Notes: generated from the letters alone by a model not told the origin. Shown: positions 1-12,208, counted from the whole stretch's first letter. The stretch: DNA of 63,865 bases, filler included, from Candidatus Rokuibacteriota bacterium (GCA_031406795.1; 6 parts of 6 records of this genome joined end to end with filler, not necessarily neighbours in it); one strand, 5' to 3'. A program made the numbers and translations.

Positions 1-107
1 AGGGCCCAGGTGCAAGGAAGGCGACAAGCAGATGCCGAGACGCACTGGTGTGCGTCGCAGGCAGATGCGCGGAGCCTGACGCCGCAGATGGGCCCTTTTC
101 AGCGGCC
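1..107 (-). repeat. Palindromic MITE/REP-like element, family A (cut by the window start)
   Basis: Shares its GGCCGCTGAAAA end and the internal motifs GCGGCGT, TGCGRCG-hairpin-CGYCTC and CCTTGC with 7024-7142. Confidence 0.8.
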
Positions 108-397
108 GTCACGGTCCGTCGCGGGCTGCCAGCCTGCGACGCGCTTGAACTCGCCGATCACCGCGCTGTGGATGGCCCGGCGCGCCTCGCGCGTCAGGGG
201 CACGACCATCTCGACGAGCTTCTCCCGGCGCGCCCGCTGGGCGGGATACCCGACAAAGAGCCCGCGGCTCCCGGTCTCCATGACACGCAGGCCGCGCAGC
301 AGCAGGCCGCCGTCGATCTCGATCTCGGCATAGGCCACGGTGCGACCGCCGGCTTCGCGTGTCTCGAACGGGAAGATGCGCACCGCCGTGATGTTCA

Positions 398-398
<1 letters not shown>
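99..398 (-). CDS. spoVG: SpoVG family nucleic-acid-binding protein
   Basis: MNITAVRIFP...AYAEIEIDGGLLLRGLRVME...GLFVGYP matches the SpoVG pattern; ATG overlaps the upstream stop (TGATG). Confidence 0.8.
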
Positions 399-2657
<2,259 letters not shown>

Positions 2658-2665
<8 letters not shown>

Positions 2666-3704
2666 CCCCGGCGAGACACCGCGCGATGGAGCGCCGGTAG
2701 GGCGCTCTCAGAACCCCGCGCTCGGTGATGATGCCGCTCACGTAGCGCGCGGGGGTCACGTCGAACGCCGGGTTGAGCGCCGGGACTCCGGGAGGCGTCA
2801 ACCGGCGGCCGCCGGGGTGCGTAACCTCCGAAGCGTGGCGCTCCTCGATCGGGATCGCGTCGCCGTCCATCAGGTCCGGGTCGAACGTGCTCACGGGGGC
2901 GGCCACATAGAACGGCACGCGATTGGTGCAGGCCAGAACCGCCACCTGGTAGGTGCCGATCTTGTTGGCGACATCCCCGTTCGCGGCGATGCGGTCGGCG
3001 CCGACAACCACCTTCTGCACCGCGCCCTTGCGCAGGAAGTACCCGGCGGCCGTGTCCGCGATGACGGTCACCGGGATCCCGTCACGCGAGAGTTCCCACG
3101 CCGTGAGTTTGGCGCCCTGGCATCGCGGACGAGTTTCGTCGGCGAGCACGGAAATCCGCTTGCCCTCTTCCCAGGCGGCCCGGATCACCCCGAGGGCGGT
3201 GCCGAAACCGGCCGTCGCCAGCGCGCCGGCATTGCAGTGGGTGAGTATGACGTCCCCGTCGTCGATCAGCACCGCGCCGTGTCGGCCCATCGCGCGGTTG
3301 ATCGCGATGTCCTCGTCGAGAATGCGCACGGCCTCAGCCTCCAGCTCCGCGGCGATCTCGCGGGGCGGGCGGGCGGCCTCGGCCTCGATCAGCCGGCGCA
3401 TCCGCGCGAGCGCCCAGAAGAGGTTGACCGCGGTCGGCCGCGAACCGGCGAGCAGCCGCTCGGCCTTGACCAGCTCGCGGTGAAAGGCGGCGGGGCCGAG
3501 CCCGGCGGCCTGGCGGGCGGCGAGCGCCATGCCGAAGGCTGCGGTGACGCCGATGGCGGGAGCCCCGCGCACGAGCATCTTGCTGATCGCCCCGGTCACC
3601 TCCCGCACGGTCCGCAGCGGGCGATAGATCACCTTCTCGGGCAGCAGGGTCTGGTCCAGCAGGTCCAGCCGGCCCTTGTTCCAGCGCATGGTCTCGACCA
3701 TCAT
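2658..3704 (-). CDS. mtnA: S-methyl-5-thioribose-1-phosphate isomerase
   Basis: [52 protein letters not shown]. Confidence 0.95.
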
Positions 3705-3783
3705 TCCTCCCCGGGAGATCGCGGAAAAAGGTAAATAGCAGGAACGACTGCGCCGGCTCCGGACCCTCGCCCGGAGCCGGCGG

Positions 3784-4257
3784 TCATTCCCGCTTGAAGA
3801 CTTCCAGCCATTCGGCGACTTCGACGGCATCCGGCGCCTCCGGCTTCTCGGCGGCCGGTTCGTCGACGAAGGCAGTGGCGACTTCGGCGAGAAAGGCGGG
3901 GCTGCGGACCCCCTTCGCGCCACTGCTCACGATGGCGCGCAGCACGACTTCGTCCGAGGTGACCACCTCGATCTCCGTCGGCCGGGCGGCGGAGCGAACT
4001 TTGCGCGTGATGACCGCGTCGGCCGTCTCGCCGAGCGCCCACTCCACCTCGATCCCCAGCTGGGTGTAGCGGCGCGGCCCACTGGCCAGCCGGCCGTAGT
4101 GCCCGTCGAAGACGACCAGCGTCGCCTGCCGGCTGCGGCGGCGGGAGCGGTAGGAGGAAAGCAGGCGCAGCAGCCGGTCTTCCTTGTCGGGGAGCGCGAG
4201 CGTCAGCCCGAACTCGCCAGCCGCGCCGATGACATTGTAGCCGTCGATGATGCGCAC
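3784..4257 (-). CDS. NYN/YacP-like ribonuclease domain protein
   Basis: [25 protein letters not shown] motifs; GTG start behind GGGAGG. Confidence 0.85.
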   Translation of the reverse strand: MRIIDGYNVIGAAGEFGLTLALPDKEDRLLRLLSSYRSRRRSRQATLVVFDGHYGRLASGPRRYTQLGIEVEWALGETADAVITRKVRSAARPTEIEVVTSDEVVLRAIVSSGAKGVRSPAFLAEVATAFVDEPAAEKPEAPDAVEVAEWLEVFKRE

Positions 4258-4384
4258 GCCCCCTCCCGGTTCCTCAAGCAGCCCGTTCCCCCGCGATTGA
4301 TTATCCTCTTCGGCCGGGCCGCACGCAAGCGTCCCCCTGTTGTTTTTCGGGTCTTGTGGCTTACACCGGACCGTGCTGCTCACT

Positions 4385-4496
4385 GCAAGCGTTGTCTGAC
4401 CGGTGCCCCCTGCTCTTCGCGAGCGAAATCAGGCTTTTCCCGGTGAGTTGAGATGCCTGCGGTACTGCTGGATCCGCGCGTGCGCGCGGATCTAGG
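4385..4496 (-). repeat. Structured dispersed repeat, family B
   Basis: Similar to 60541-60654 (opposite orientation): GATCCGCGCG-N-CGCGCGGATC hairpin plus nested stem GCAGGCATCTC...CCGGGAAAAGC...GCTC-GAGC. Confidence 0.8.
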
Positions 4497-4534
4497 CCTG
4501 ACATTTTCCGCCGCCTGATGGTATTCTCCAGGGC

Positions 4535-6832
4535 ATGCCATCCCAGAACGACGCGCTGCGCGACCAGGTGCTCGTCCTGCTGCGCGCAAAAGGCGCGCAT
4601 CCGATGAGCCTTCGCGACATCCAGCACCTGCTCAAAGTGTCCCCGGACGGGAAGCGCGACCTGCAGTCGCTGTTGCGCCGGCTGTGCGAATCCGGGGACC
4701 TGGTCCGCACCCGCGGCAAACGCTTCGGCGTCAGCGCCGAGATGAATCTCGCGCCCGGGCGCCTCCAGATGCATCCGGACGGGTACGGCTTCGTGGTCCT
4801 GGACGAGAAAGCCACCGGGGATGTTTTCGTCAAGGCGCGCGAGGTGGCCGGCGCGATGCACGGGGATCGCGTCCTCGTGCGCATCGAGCAGGAGATTCCC
4901 GGCGGTCGAGGCCCGGAGGGCAGCATCGTACGCGTACTCCAGCGCGCGCGCGCCAGCGTCGTCGGCCGGATCGAGCGCACTGGTGAATACGCCTACCTGA
5001 CACCCGCCGACCCGCGCCTGACACAGGACGTCTTCATTCCGGATGGCCGCGTCGGTGAGGCGCGGACCGGGCAGATGGTCGTCGCCGAAATCACCGCGTG
5101 GCCGGCGGCCAGGCGCCCCGCGGAGGCGACCGTCGTCGAGGTCCTCGGTGACGAGGGCGCCCCCGGCGTCGCCGAGGAAGTGATCATCCGGCAGTTCGAC
5201 CTGCCGCATCGTTTCCCGCGTCGCGTGCTCGTCGACGCCGAGACCGTGCCCGCCGAAGTCGGCAGCGCCGAACGCGCCGGGCGTTCCGACCTGCGCGGGT
5301 TGCTGACGGTGACCATCGACGGCGAGACCGCCCGCGATTTCGACGACGCCATCTCGCTCGAGTTCACGCCCAAGGGGACCTGGCTGTTGCGCGTGCACAT
5401 CGCCGACGTTTCGCATTACGTCCCCGAGGGTGGCGCGATGGATCGGGAGGCGTTCGCTCGCGGCACCAGCATCTACTTCCCCGGCCGCGTGCTGCCAATG
5501 CTCCCGGAGCGGCTCTCGAACGGCATCTGCAGCCTCAACCCCGGGGTCGACCGCCTGGCCTTCACGGCGGTGCTCGAGTTCTCGCGACAGGGGAAGCTGC
5601 TCAACCACGATTTCCTCGAGACCGTGATCCACTCCGACGCGCGACTGACGTACACGGCGGTCGCCCGGGCGCTCGAGGGAGGCGACCCGGCGGCGCTGCC
5701 GGCGGTCCCCGGGCTCGCCGAGATGCTCGAACAGGCGAAAGGCCTGGCCCTGGCCATCCGGGACCAGCGGGCCCGCCGCGGCAGCATCGACTTCGACCTG
5801 CCGGAGGAGCAGATCCTGCTCGACCTGCAGGGGAGCATCACGACCATCATCCGTTCCGAGCGCAACATCGCGCACCGCATCATCGAGGAGTTCATGATCG
5901 CCGCCAACGAAGCCGTGGCCGGCTACTTCGGCTGGATGAAGGTGCCCGGCATCTACCGGGTGCACGAGGTCCCTTCGCAGGAGAAACTCGCCGCCTTCGC
6001 CGAATTCGCGGCGGGGTTCGGCCACAAGATCCGTCTCCCGCTCGAGCCGACCTCGCGGTTTTTCGCCGACTTCATCGAAACGCTCCGCGGGCGGCCGGAG
6101 GAGCGCGTGCTCAACGAGGTTCTGCTGCGCAGCATGAAACAGGCGGTCTACGCGGCCGAAAATATCGGCCACTTCGGACTGGCGAGCACGGGCTACACGC
6201 ACTTCACCTCGCCGATCAGGCGCTACCCCGACCTGGTCGTCCACCGGCTGCTGCGCGAACTCGTGCGCCGCGGCCGTTTCACCCCGGCGCACGCGGAGGA
6301 ACTCGACGCCACGCTGCCGGAGACCGCGGCCCACTGTTCCGCGCGCGAGCGCACGGCGACGGAGGCCGAACGCGAGGTCGTCAATCTGCACAAGACGGAG
6401 TATCTCGCGCGACGGGTCGGCGAGACAGCCGCCGGTTTCATCACCGGCGTGACCCACTTCGGACTCTTCGTGCAGCTGGCCGACGTGCCGGTGGAGGGGC
6501 TGGTGCACGTGAGCACGCTCGGGGACGACTATTACAAGCACCGGGAGGACTTGCGCGCGCTGGTCGGCACCAACACGGGGACGACGTTTCGTCACGGCGA
6601 CGCGGTCACGGTGAAGATCGCCGCGGTGAACACCGCTCTGCGCCGGGCGGACTTCATACTGGTGCGCGAGCGCACCGGCGCGGTGGACGCCGCCACGCCC
6701 GCGCCCGCCCGCGGCGCGCGCCCGGCCCGCGCGACGCGCGGGCAGAAATCGGAATCTCGCCGTCCTGCCGCGGCACAGCCCGCCGCGGCGGCGAAACCGA
6801 AGTCCAGCCGCCGCGGCCGCCGCTCCCGCTGA
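4535..6832 (+). CDS. rnr: Ribonuclease R
   Basis: HPDGYGFV cold-shock domain, TIDGETARDFDDAIS, HFTSPIRRYPDL, C-terminal S1 domain and basic tail. Confidence 0.96.
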   Translation: MPSQNDALRDQVLVLLRAKGAHPMSLRDIQHLLKVSPDGKRDLQSLLRRLCESGDLVRTRGKRFGVSAEMNLAPGRLQMHPDGYGFVVLDEKATGDVFVKAREVAGAMHGDRVLVRIEQEIPGGRGPEGSIVRVLQRARASVVGRIERTGEYAYLTPADPRLTQDVFIPDGRVGEARTGQMVVAEITAWPAARRPAEATVVEVLGDEGAPGVAEEVIIRQFDLPHRFPRRVLVDAETVPAEVGSAERAGRSDLRGLLTVTIDGETARDFDDAISLEFTPKGTWLLRVHIADVSHYVPEGGAMDREAFARGTSIYFPGRVLPMLPERLSNGICSLNPGVDRLAFTAVLEFSRQGKLLNHDFLETVIHSDARLTYTAVARALEGGDPAALPAVPGLAEMLEQAKGLALAIRDQRARRGSIDFDLPEEQILLDLQGSITTIIRSERNIAHRIIEEFMIAANEAVAGYFGWMKVPGIYRVHEVPSQEKLAAFAEFAAGFGHKIRLPLEPTSRFFADFIETLRGRPEERVLNEVLLRSMKQAVYAAENIGHFGLASTGYTHFTSPIRRYPDLVVHRLLRELVRRGRFTPAHAEELDATLPETAAHCSARERTATEAEREVVNLHKTEYLARRVGETAAGFITGVTHFGLFVQLADVPVEGLVHVSTLGDDYYKHREDLRALVGTNTGTTFRHGDAVTVKIAAVNTALRRADFILVRERTGAVDAATPAPARGARPARATRGQKSESRRPAAAQPAAAAKPKSSRRGRRSR

Positions 6833-7023
6833 GGGAGCCCTCGCCGGTCCCGTTCGGACTGCGGGGTCCTGACGCTGCGGACTTCCATCGTGCTCACTTT
6901 TTTTCCGCCGATGGAGTCCACCCCTCCGCGCCACCCCCTCGACCCGCACGTGCTGCCGCAAGGCAGCGTGTTCATGAACGACCGCAGATCGCCACTTTTC
7001 AGCGGCCGTAACGGTCGCGGAGA

Positions 7024-7142
7024 GGTCGCTCAAAAGGGTCCAGGTGCAAGGCGCACCCCGAAGTGGATTCCGAGGCGGGCTAGTGCCCGCCGCAGGAAGA
7101 CACGAGGAGTGCAACGCCGCAGATGGGCCATTTTCAGCGGCC
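7024..7142 (-). repeat. Palindromic MITE/REP-like element, family A (complete copy; partial duplicate at ~6981-7015)
   Basis: Imperfect ~19-bp terminal inverted repeats GGTCGCTCAAAAGGGTCCA / TGGGCCATTTTCAGCGGCC. Confidence 0.8.
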
Positions 7143-7149
7143 GTAACGG

Positions 7150-7236
7150 TGGTGCCGAAGGGGGGACTTGAACCCCCACAAGCTTGCGCTCACATGACCC
7201 TGAATCATGCGCGTCTGCCAATTCCGCCACTTCGGC
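7150..7236 (-). tRNA. tRNA-Leu(CAG)
   Basis: GCCGAAGTGGCGGAATTGGCAGACGCG, anticodon arm CATGA-TTCAGGG-TCATG, long variable arm, GGTTCAAGTCC, encoded CCA. Confidence 0.97.
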
Positions 7237-7252
7237 ACTTCTTGTGGGGCGA

Positions 7253-7281
7253 GTTATACCTGCGCGCCTGCCGGATGTCAA
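7253..7281 (-). promoter_or_regulatory. Sigma70 promoter of tRNA-Leu
   Basis: TTGACA-17 bp-TATAAC on the minus strand. Confidence 0.75.
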
Positions 7282-7667
7282 TTGCCCGGCGTGCTTCCTT
7301 CAGGCAGCCGCCGGCACTTCAGCCGACGTTCGGCCACCGACATGACGACCGCATTTACTCGGGTTTCAGGCGAGAAAGTGCTTGTCACCTTCGGGCCGTT
7401 TGACGCAAGGTCAGTCCTTCATTGCCCGTCGCCGCGGGAAGAAGATCATCCTCACCCTGGTCGAGTAGTCTGTCCGTCGCCGCACTGCCGGGGGGGCGTC
7501 CCGCCCCCCGTTGAGCGGCGCCATCTTGCGCACTGGACCGCGCACGAGTACGCAGCGGCCGCGCCATCGCTTGACCGGACGCTGGGCACTTCCTCATGTT
7601 GATTCACAAGTAATTGTTATTGTGCAGTTAATCATAAGCGCTCGGCGTCTTTGACTTTATGCCGGGA

Positions 7668-7683
7668 CGGCACGTCTATTGCA
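7668..7683 (+). promoter_or_regulatory. Sigma54 (-24/-12) promoter
   Basis: CGGCACGTCTATTGCA has GG-N10-GC spacing; an AT-rich tract lies upstream; precedes the cytochrome gene. Confidence 0.7.
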
Positions 7684-7755
7684 TTTTCCCGGCATGGGCG
7701 TTATTATAGCAGACCATTGTGGTATGGATACGATAGGGTGCGAGGAGCGGTGGGA

Positions 7756-8682
7756 ATGAATCCAGTGCGGTTATGGTTGACGGGCGTGGCAATGGTTTTC
7801 GCCGGCATGGCCGCGGTTCCGGTCGCTCCCATTCGGGCGGAGGAGCCACCCTGCTTCGAGTGCCACGATGATTTCCCTCAGAAGATGAAATCCTACAAGT
7901 TTACCCACGACCCCGCGGCCGGGGGCGAGTGCACCGCCTGCCACCTCGACCACAAGGACGAGGAGAAACTGATGCTCGTCAGGGAAGGCGCGGCTCTCTG
8001 CTACGAGTGCCACGACGACCTGGCCGTCGGAGCTTCGGTCCACTCCCCGGTGGCGGATGGCAAGTGCACCGCCTGCCACAACCCCCACGGTTCGGGAACC
8101 AAGAAGCTGCTCGTCGCGGCCGGTCGCACACTCTGCGAAAAATGCCACGGCGCGAGTCCGGAGTTCAAGGGGCGGGTCACCCACGCCCCGATCGACGACG
8201 GGTGCAGCGACTGCCATCGCCCGCACGCCTCGGAAAACAAGGGTCTGCTCGCAAAGAATCTCCTCACCGATCGACTGGCGCTCTTCGACCCCAAGCAGGC
8301 GGCCCTTTGTCTCGAATGCCACGAGTTGGAGACGTTCACCAAGCCGCAGACCGAAGATACCGGCTTTCGCATGGGGACGCTGAACCTCCACGCGCTGCAC
8401 CTCAACGGCGGCGCCGTGCCGAACAAGTACGGGATCATCAAGAAGAAGGACGGCCAGACTTGCTTCGCCTGCCACCTCCCGCACACCGCGCATCAGGACA
8501 AGCTGCTGCGCACCGAGTACCAGTGCACCGGGGTCTTCTGCTACACGATGCGCTACGTCCCGAACGCGAACGGGGGCACCTGCATCGTCGGGTGTCACAA
8601 GCCGAAAGCCTATTCGCGGACGGGAGTGGATCCGAACGCGACGGCCGGCACTACCCCCGGGGAGAAGCCGCTCGCCCGTTAG
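7756..8682 (+). CDS. Periplasmic multiheme cytochrome c (paired CXXCH type)
   Basis: Signal peptide, 8 CxxCH motifs plus one CxxxCH (CIVGCH). Confidence 0.92.
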   Translation: MNPVRLWLTGVAMVFAGMAAVPVAPIRAEEPPCFECHDDFPQKMKSYKFTHDPAAGGECTACHLDHKDEEKLMLVREGAALCYECHDDLAVGASVHSPVADGKCTACHNPHGSGTKKLLVAAGRTLCEKCHGASPEFKGRVTHAPIDDGCSDCHRPHASENKGLLAKNLLTDRLALFDPKQAALCLECHELETFTKPQTEDTGFRMGTLNLHALHLNGGAVPNKYGIIKKKDGQTCFACHLPHTAHQDKLLRTEYQCTGVFCYTMRYVPNANGGTCIVGCHKPKAYSRTGVDPNATAGTTPGEKPLAR

Positions 8683-8737
8683 CCGCCAGGGCCGCCCGAC
8701 CGGACCCACCCGGGACCGCGCGGGCAGCCGCGGTTCG

Positions 8738-8766
8738 TTGACAAACCCCGACGTGCCCTCTAGATT
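8738..8766 (+). promoter_or_regulatory. Sigma70 promoter
   Basis: TTGACA-17 bp-TAGATT. Confidence 0.6.
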
Positions 8767-8803
8767 AGAATCCCGTTTCGCGAACCGGAGGATGGAGACG
8801 ATC

Positions 8804-10657
8804 ATGTTGCGCTGGAGCCAACACCGCCGCCTGCTCACGAGTGCGCCGAGAAGCCGCGCCGCATTCCCGCTGATCGAAGTCAGTGAGCCAAACCTGATGC
8901 GCGACCTCTTCCCCTACAAGGAGGTCTGCAAACTCGACTTCGACCACCAGACGGTGATGCTCGACCCGGCGGAGGACATGTTCATCACGGACACCACCTT
9001 CCGCGACGGCCAGCAGGCGCGCCCGCCCTACACCCCTGAACAGGTCGTGCACCTGTACCAGTTGCTGTCGAAGCTCGGCGGGCCCAACGGCGTGATCCGC
9101 CAGTGCGAATTCTTTCTGTACCGTGACGACGACCGCGAAGCCGTGCGCCGCTGCCAGGAAGTCGACCTGCGCTTCCCGGAGATCTCCGGCTGGATCCGCG
9201 CCACCGCCAAGGACCTGAAGCTGGTGCGCGAGATGAAGCTGCCCGAGACGGGAATGCTGACCTCGGTGAGCGACTACCACATCTTCCTCAAGCTCGGCTG
9301 GGACCGCAAGAAGGCCCTCGAGAACTACCTCGCGGTCGTCAAGGAGGCGCTGGCGTTCGGCATCCGCCCGCGCTGCCATTTCGAGGACATCACCCGCGCC
9401 GACATCTACGGCTTCTGCGTTCCCTTCGCGATCGAGCTGATGAAGCTCTCCGAAGAGGCGCGGGTCCCGATCAAGATCCGCCTCTGCGACACCATGGGCT
9501 ATGGCGTGCCCTACGACGGCGCCGCGCTGCCGCGCAGCGTGCAGAAGCTCGTGCGGGCGATGATCGACGACGCCGGCGTCCCGGGCCAGCACCTGGAGTG
9601 GCACGGCCACAACGACCTGCACAAGGTCCTGATCAACCCGACGACCGCCTGGCTCTACGGCTGCGCGGGCGCCAACGGCGCGCTGCTCGGCTTCGGCGAG
9701 CGCACCGGCAACACCCCCGTCGAGGGGCTGATCATCGAGTACATCCAGCTGCGCGGCGAAACCAACGGCGTCGACACGACGGTGATCACCGACATCCGCA
9801 ACTACTTCGAGCAGGAGATGGGGGTGGTCATCCCGCCGAACTATCCGCTGGTTGGGCGCAATTTCAACGTCACGAGCGCCGGCATCCACGCGGACGGGCT
9901 GATCAAGAACGAGGAGATCTACAATATCTTCGACACCCTGCGCATCCTCAAGCGGCCGGTCGGGGTGACGATCACCGACAAGTCGGGCCTCGCGGGCATC
10001 GCGCACTGGGTGAACTCGCGCCTGACGATCCCCGGCGGCAAGCGCCTCGAGAAGCACCACCCGGGCCTCCAGAAGATCCACAAGTGGGTGCTCAAGCAGT
10101 TCGAGGATGGGCGCACGACCTCGATCGCCGACGAGGAGATGGAGGCGCTCGCCAGCCAGTACCTCCCCGAGCTGTTCGTCTCGGAGTTCGACCGGCTCAA
10201 GAAGAAGGTCCACGAGATGGCCCGTTCGATCGTGAGCGAGCTGATCCGCCACGAGGAGATCTCGTCGATGGACCCGGGTCGCGCCGAGATCGAGTTGCGC
10301 CGCTTCATCGACGAGCACCCCTACGTGCAGTTCGCCTACCTGACGACGCTCGAGGGGAAGAAGATCACCCACAACGTGACCCAGCTGGCGGACAAGGGCA
10401 AATTCGAGAAGATCGGGCTGCACCAGGACTTCTCGGACCGCGAGTGGTTCTCCCAGCCGCTGGCCACCGGGGATGTCTGCGTGACGGACTTCTACTCCTC
10501 GAAGATCACCGGGCGGCTCTGCATCACCGCGTCGGCGCCGGTCTGGCGCGGCGAGGAGATGGTCGGCGTGCTCGGTCTGGACTTCAAGTTCGAGGACATG
10601 GCGCGGCTGCACCCGGTCGAAGGCGCCCCCGCCCGCCTCTTCGTCGAAGAAGATTAG
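8804..10657 (+). CDS. Re-citrate synthase-like DRE-TIM enzyme with C-terminal Cache/PDC-like domain
   Basis: TDTTFRDGQQ, CHFEDITRAD, HGHND, GFGERTGN, AGIHADG; C-terminal DFSDREWF...YSSKITGRLCITASAPV...GVLGLD. Confidence 0.8.
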   Translation: MLRWSQHRRLLTSAPRSRAAFPLIEVSEPNLMRDLFPYKEVCKLDFDHQTVMLDPAEDMFITDTTFRDGQQARPPYTPEQVVHLYQLLSKLGGPNGVIRQCEFFLYRDDDREAVRRCQEVDLRFPEISGWIRATAKDLKLVREMKLPETGMLTSVSDYHIFLKLGWDRKKALENYLAVVKEALAFGIRPRCHFEDITRADIYGFCVPFAIELMKLSEEARVPIKIRLCDTMGYGVPYDGAALPRSVQKLVRAMIDDAGVPGQHLEWHGHNDLHKVLINPTTAWLYGCAGANGALLGFGERTGNTPVEGLIIEYIQLRGETNGVDTTVITDIRNYFEQEMGVVIPPNYPLVGRNFNVTSAGIHADGLIKNEEIYNIFDTLRILKRPVGVTITDKSGLAGIAHWVNSRLTIPGGKRLEKHHPGLQKIHKWVLKQFEDGRTTSIADEEMEALASQYLPELFVSEFDRLKKKVHEMARSIVSELIRHEEISSMDPGRAEIELRRFIDEHPYVQFAYLTTLEGKKITHNVTQLADKGKFEKIGLHQDFSDREWFSQPLATGDVCVTDFYSSKITGRLCITASAPVWRGEEMVGVLGLDFKFEDMARLHPVEGAPARLFVEED

Positions 10658-10798
10658 CCCGGGTCATTCAGGAGGCCCTGATCCGCCCTGGCGGCGTTGC
10701 GGGTCGGGCCGCTTGTGCGGCGCACACGAGTGCGCCTCCGCGCGCCCTTCCCCGCTGCCTTGCCAGGACGAATCATGACGCTCCTGACTGACTCGGGC
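10657..10798 (+). repeat. Palindromic element with the family A core but different outer arms; partial duplicate at ~10835-10901
   Basis: Arms GCCCGGGTCATTCAGGAG / CTCCTGACTGACTCGGGC; core GCGGCGTT...TGCGGCGCACACGAGTGCGCCTC...CCTTGC. Confidence 0.7.
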
Positions 10799-10974
10799 AG
10801 CAGATGTGCACATCTCTTCTGGTATGTGTTCACTGCCTCCGCGCGCGCTCTTCACTGCCTTGCCGGGACGCACCCGGACGCTCCCGATCGACTCGGGCAG
10901 CTTGTGCACGGAAATCGAGGGGCCGTTCAGGAAACGTTGCCTTCGCTTGGCTGGGCCCTTTTAGCAATCTCGGT

Positions 10975-11000
10975 GTAGGGGAGGGGTTCACCCCCTCCCG
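10975..11000 (+). repeat. GTAG-type REP, left
   Basis: GTAGGGGAGGGGTTCACCCCCTCCCG; inverted partner at 12564-12589. Confidence 0.75.
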
Positions 11001-11088
11001 TTTCCACGCACCCGGCCAAGTTCCTTTGTCAGGACGGAAAGACCGCCCCCCCCGAACGACGCTGCTACAATACGCGGAGGAGGGACGC

Positions 11089-11213
11089 ATGGAAATCAAG
11101 CCCATCAGGTCGACCCGCCGGACCCCATCGAGGCCATCCACTACCATCTCGAAAGTCGCGGACTCGCCCGCAGTGTGCTCGAACCCTGCATCGGCCGCCT
11201 GAGCGGAGCCTGA
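11089..11213 (+). pseudogene. Internally deleted HigA-type antitoxin remnant
   Basis: RBS and MEIKPIR joined out of frame to DPPDPIEAIHYHLESRGL...LEPCIG. Confidence 0.7.
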
Positions 11214-11364
11214 TTCTCAGCGGGCGCGACATTGACTGCCACAGATCGCTTTCTTTCTACTTCCTCTTCTTGGGCGGACTTCTTTAACAGAACATCCGCC
11301 TTGCCTGCCAGCGCCCGCGAAGAGAGTCTACATACGGTGTCCTTTGCAGCTGCCGGAACGATAC

Positions 11365-11575
11365 CAGCGAGGCGGCTGGGGCGTTCCTGAGGGAAGATGC
11401 GCGAAGACGCCGATCAGCCCGGAGTGCCGGCCGGGGCGGTTTCCGCAGGAAACGCGGGCTCGTTGTTTGAGCCCGAAGGGCGAGTTACGAGACCGCGAGC
11501 CCCGGGCGGCGCTCCGGGCCGGCGGCTGAGACGCACGACCGAAGGAATGCCCCCGCAGCCTCGCACACGGGAACA
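11365..11575. repeat. ~210-bp long-hairpin direct repeat, family C copy 1
   Basis: Near-identical to 12341-12552; folds back on itself. Confidence 0.92.
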
Positions 11576-11600
11576 TCCGTCCCCGGGTCAGGCTTCACAA

Positions 11601-11975
11601 TCATACCCGGGGCGACTCGGGGAGCGGGCGCTGACGGGCGGTGAAGTCCCTGTCCACCACAGTGAAGAACCCGGCGCAGGTCACCCCTGCGTCACGGAGG
11701 AGGGCGTCCACCACCTCCCCGGCATGTATAGAGTAGTCCGGGTCGAACCGAAGGTAGATCACCCCGGCGGGGGCGGGCATCCTGTGCCTGAAGACGAGTT
11801 CTCCAAAGTCACGGTCGAAGGTGAGGATGACGCGGCCCTCCTCGTGGGCAGCCCGGAGGTTTGCGGCGTCACTCTCGCCGGGGGAGTCCTCGGCCACGAA
11901 ACGAACATCATGCCCACGCTCGCGGAGGAAGTGGACACTTGGGGCGGGAATGTTCTCGTCCGCGAGAATCTTCAC
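11601..11975 (-). CDS. DUF5615 PIN-like toxin
   Basis: KILADENIP...GHDV...SD...RVILTFDRDFGEL; GTG overlaps the DUF433 stop. Confidence 0.88.
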   Translation of the reverse strand: MKILADENIPAPSVHFLRERGHDVRFVAEDSPGESDAANLRAAHEEGRVILTFDRDFGELVFRHRMPAPAGVIYLRFDPDYSIHAGEVVDALLRDAGVTCAGFFTVVDRDFTARQRPLPESPRV

Positions 11976-12208
11976 TTGCCCGTGGGTAGGGCGTAGAGAG
12001 CCTCTTCGCTCATGCACTCGGCCGCGTAGGCGAAGACCGCCTGCATGTCGTCCGGGGTGAGCCGGGGATAGGAGTCCATGACTTCCTGAACCGTCCACCC
12101 GTTGCCGAAGAGCCGCAGAAGGAAGTCAACGGAGAGCCGAGTCCCCCGCACTATCGGCTTTCCTGCCAGAATGGCTTGATCCGCATGGATGTGCTCCCGC
12201 CAGTTCAC
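11972..12208 (-). CDS. DUF433 antitoxin
   Basis: ILAGKPIVRGTRLSVDFLL...YPRLTPDDMQA. Confidence 0.9.
   Translation of the reverse strand: MNWREHIHADQAILAGKPIVRGTRLSVDFLLRLFGNGWTVQEVMDSYPRLTPDDMQAVFAYAAECMSEEALYALPTGK

Noticed and set aside
6833-6980. Hairpins between rnr and tRNA-Leu as SRP, 6S or a riboswitch
   Set aside because: No diagnostic motifs recognised; probably a terminator or degenerate repeat.
6981-7236. 20-bp direct repeat TTTTCAGCGGCCGTAACGGT beside the tRNA-Leu 3' end as attL/attR
   Set aside because: It lies essentially outside the tRNA, belongs to repeat family A, and no integrase or duplicated tRNA end was seen.
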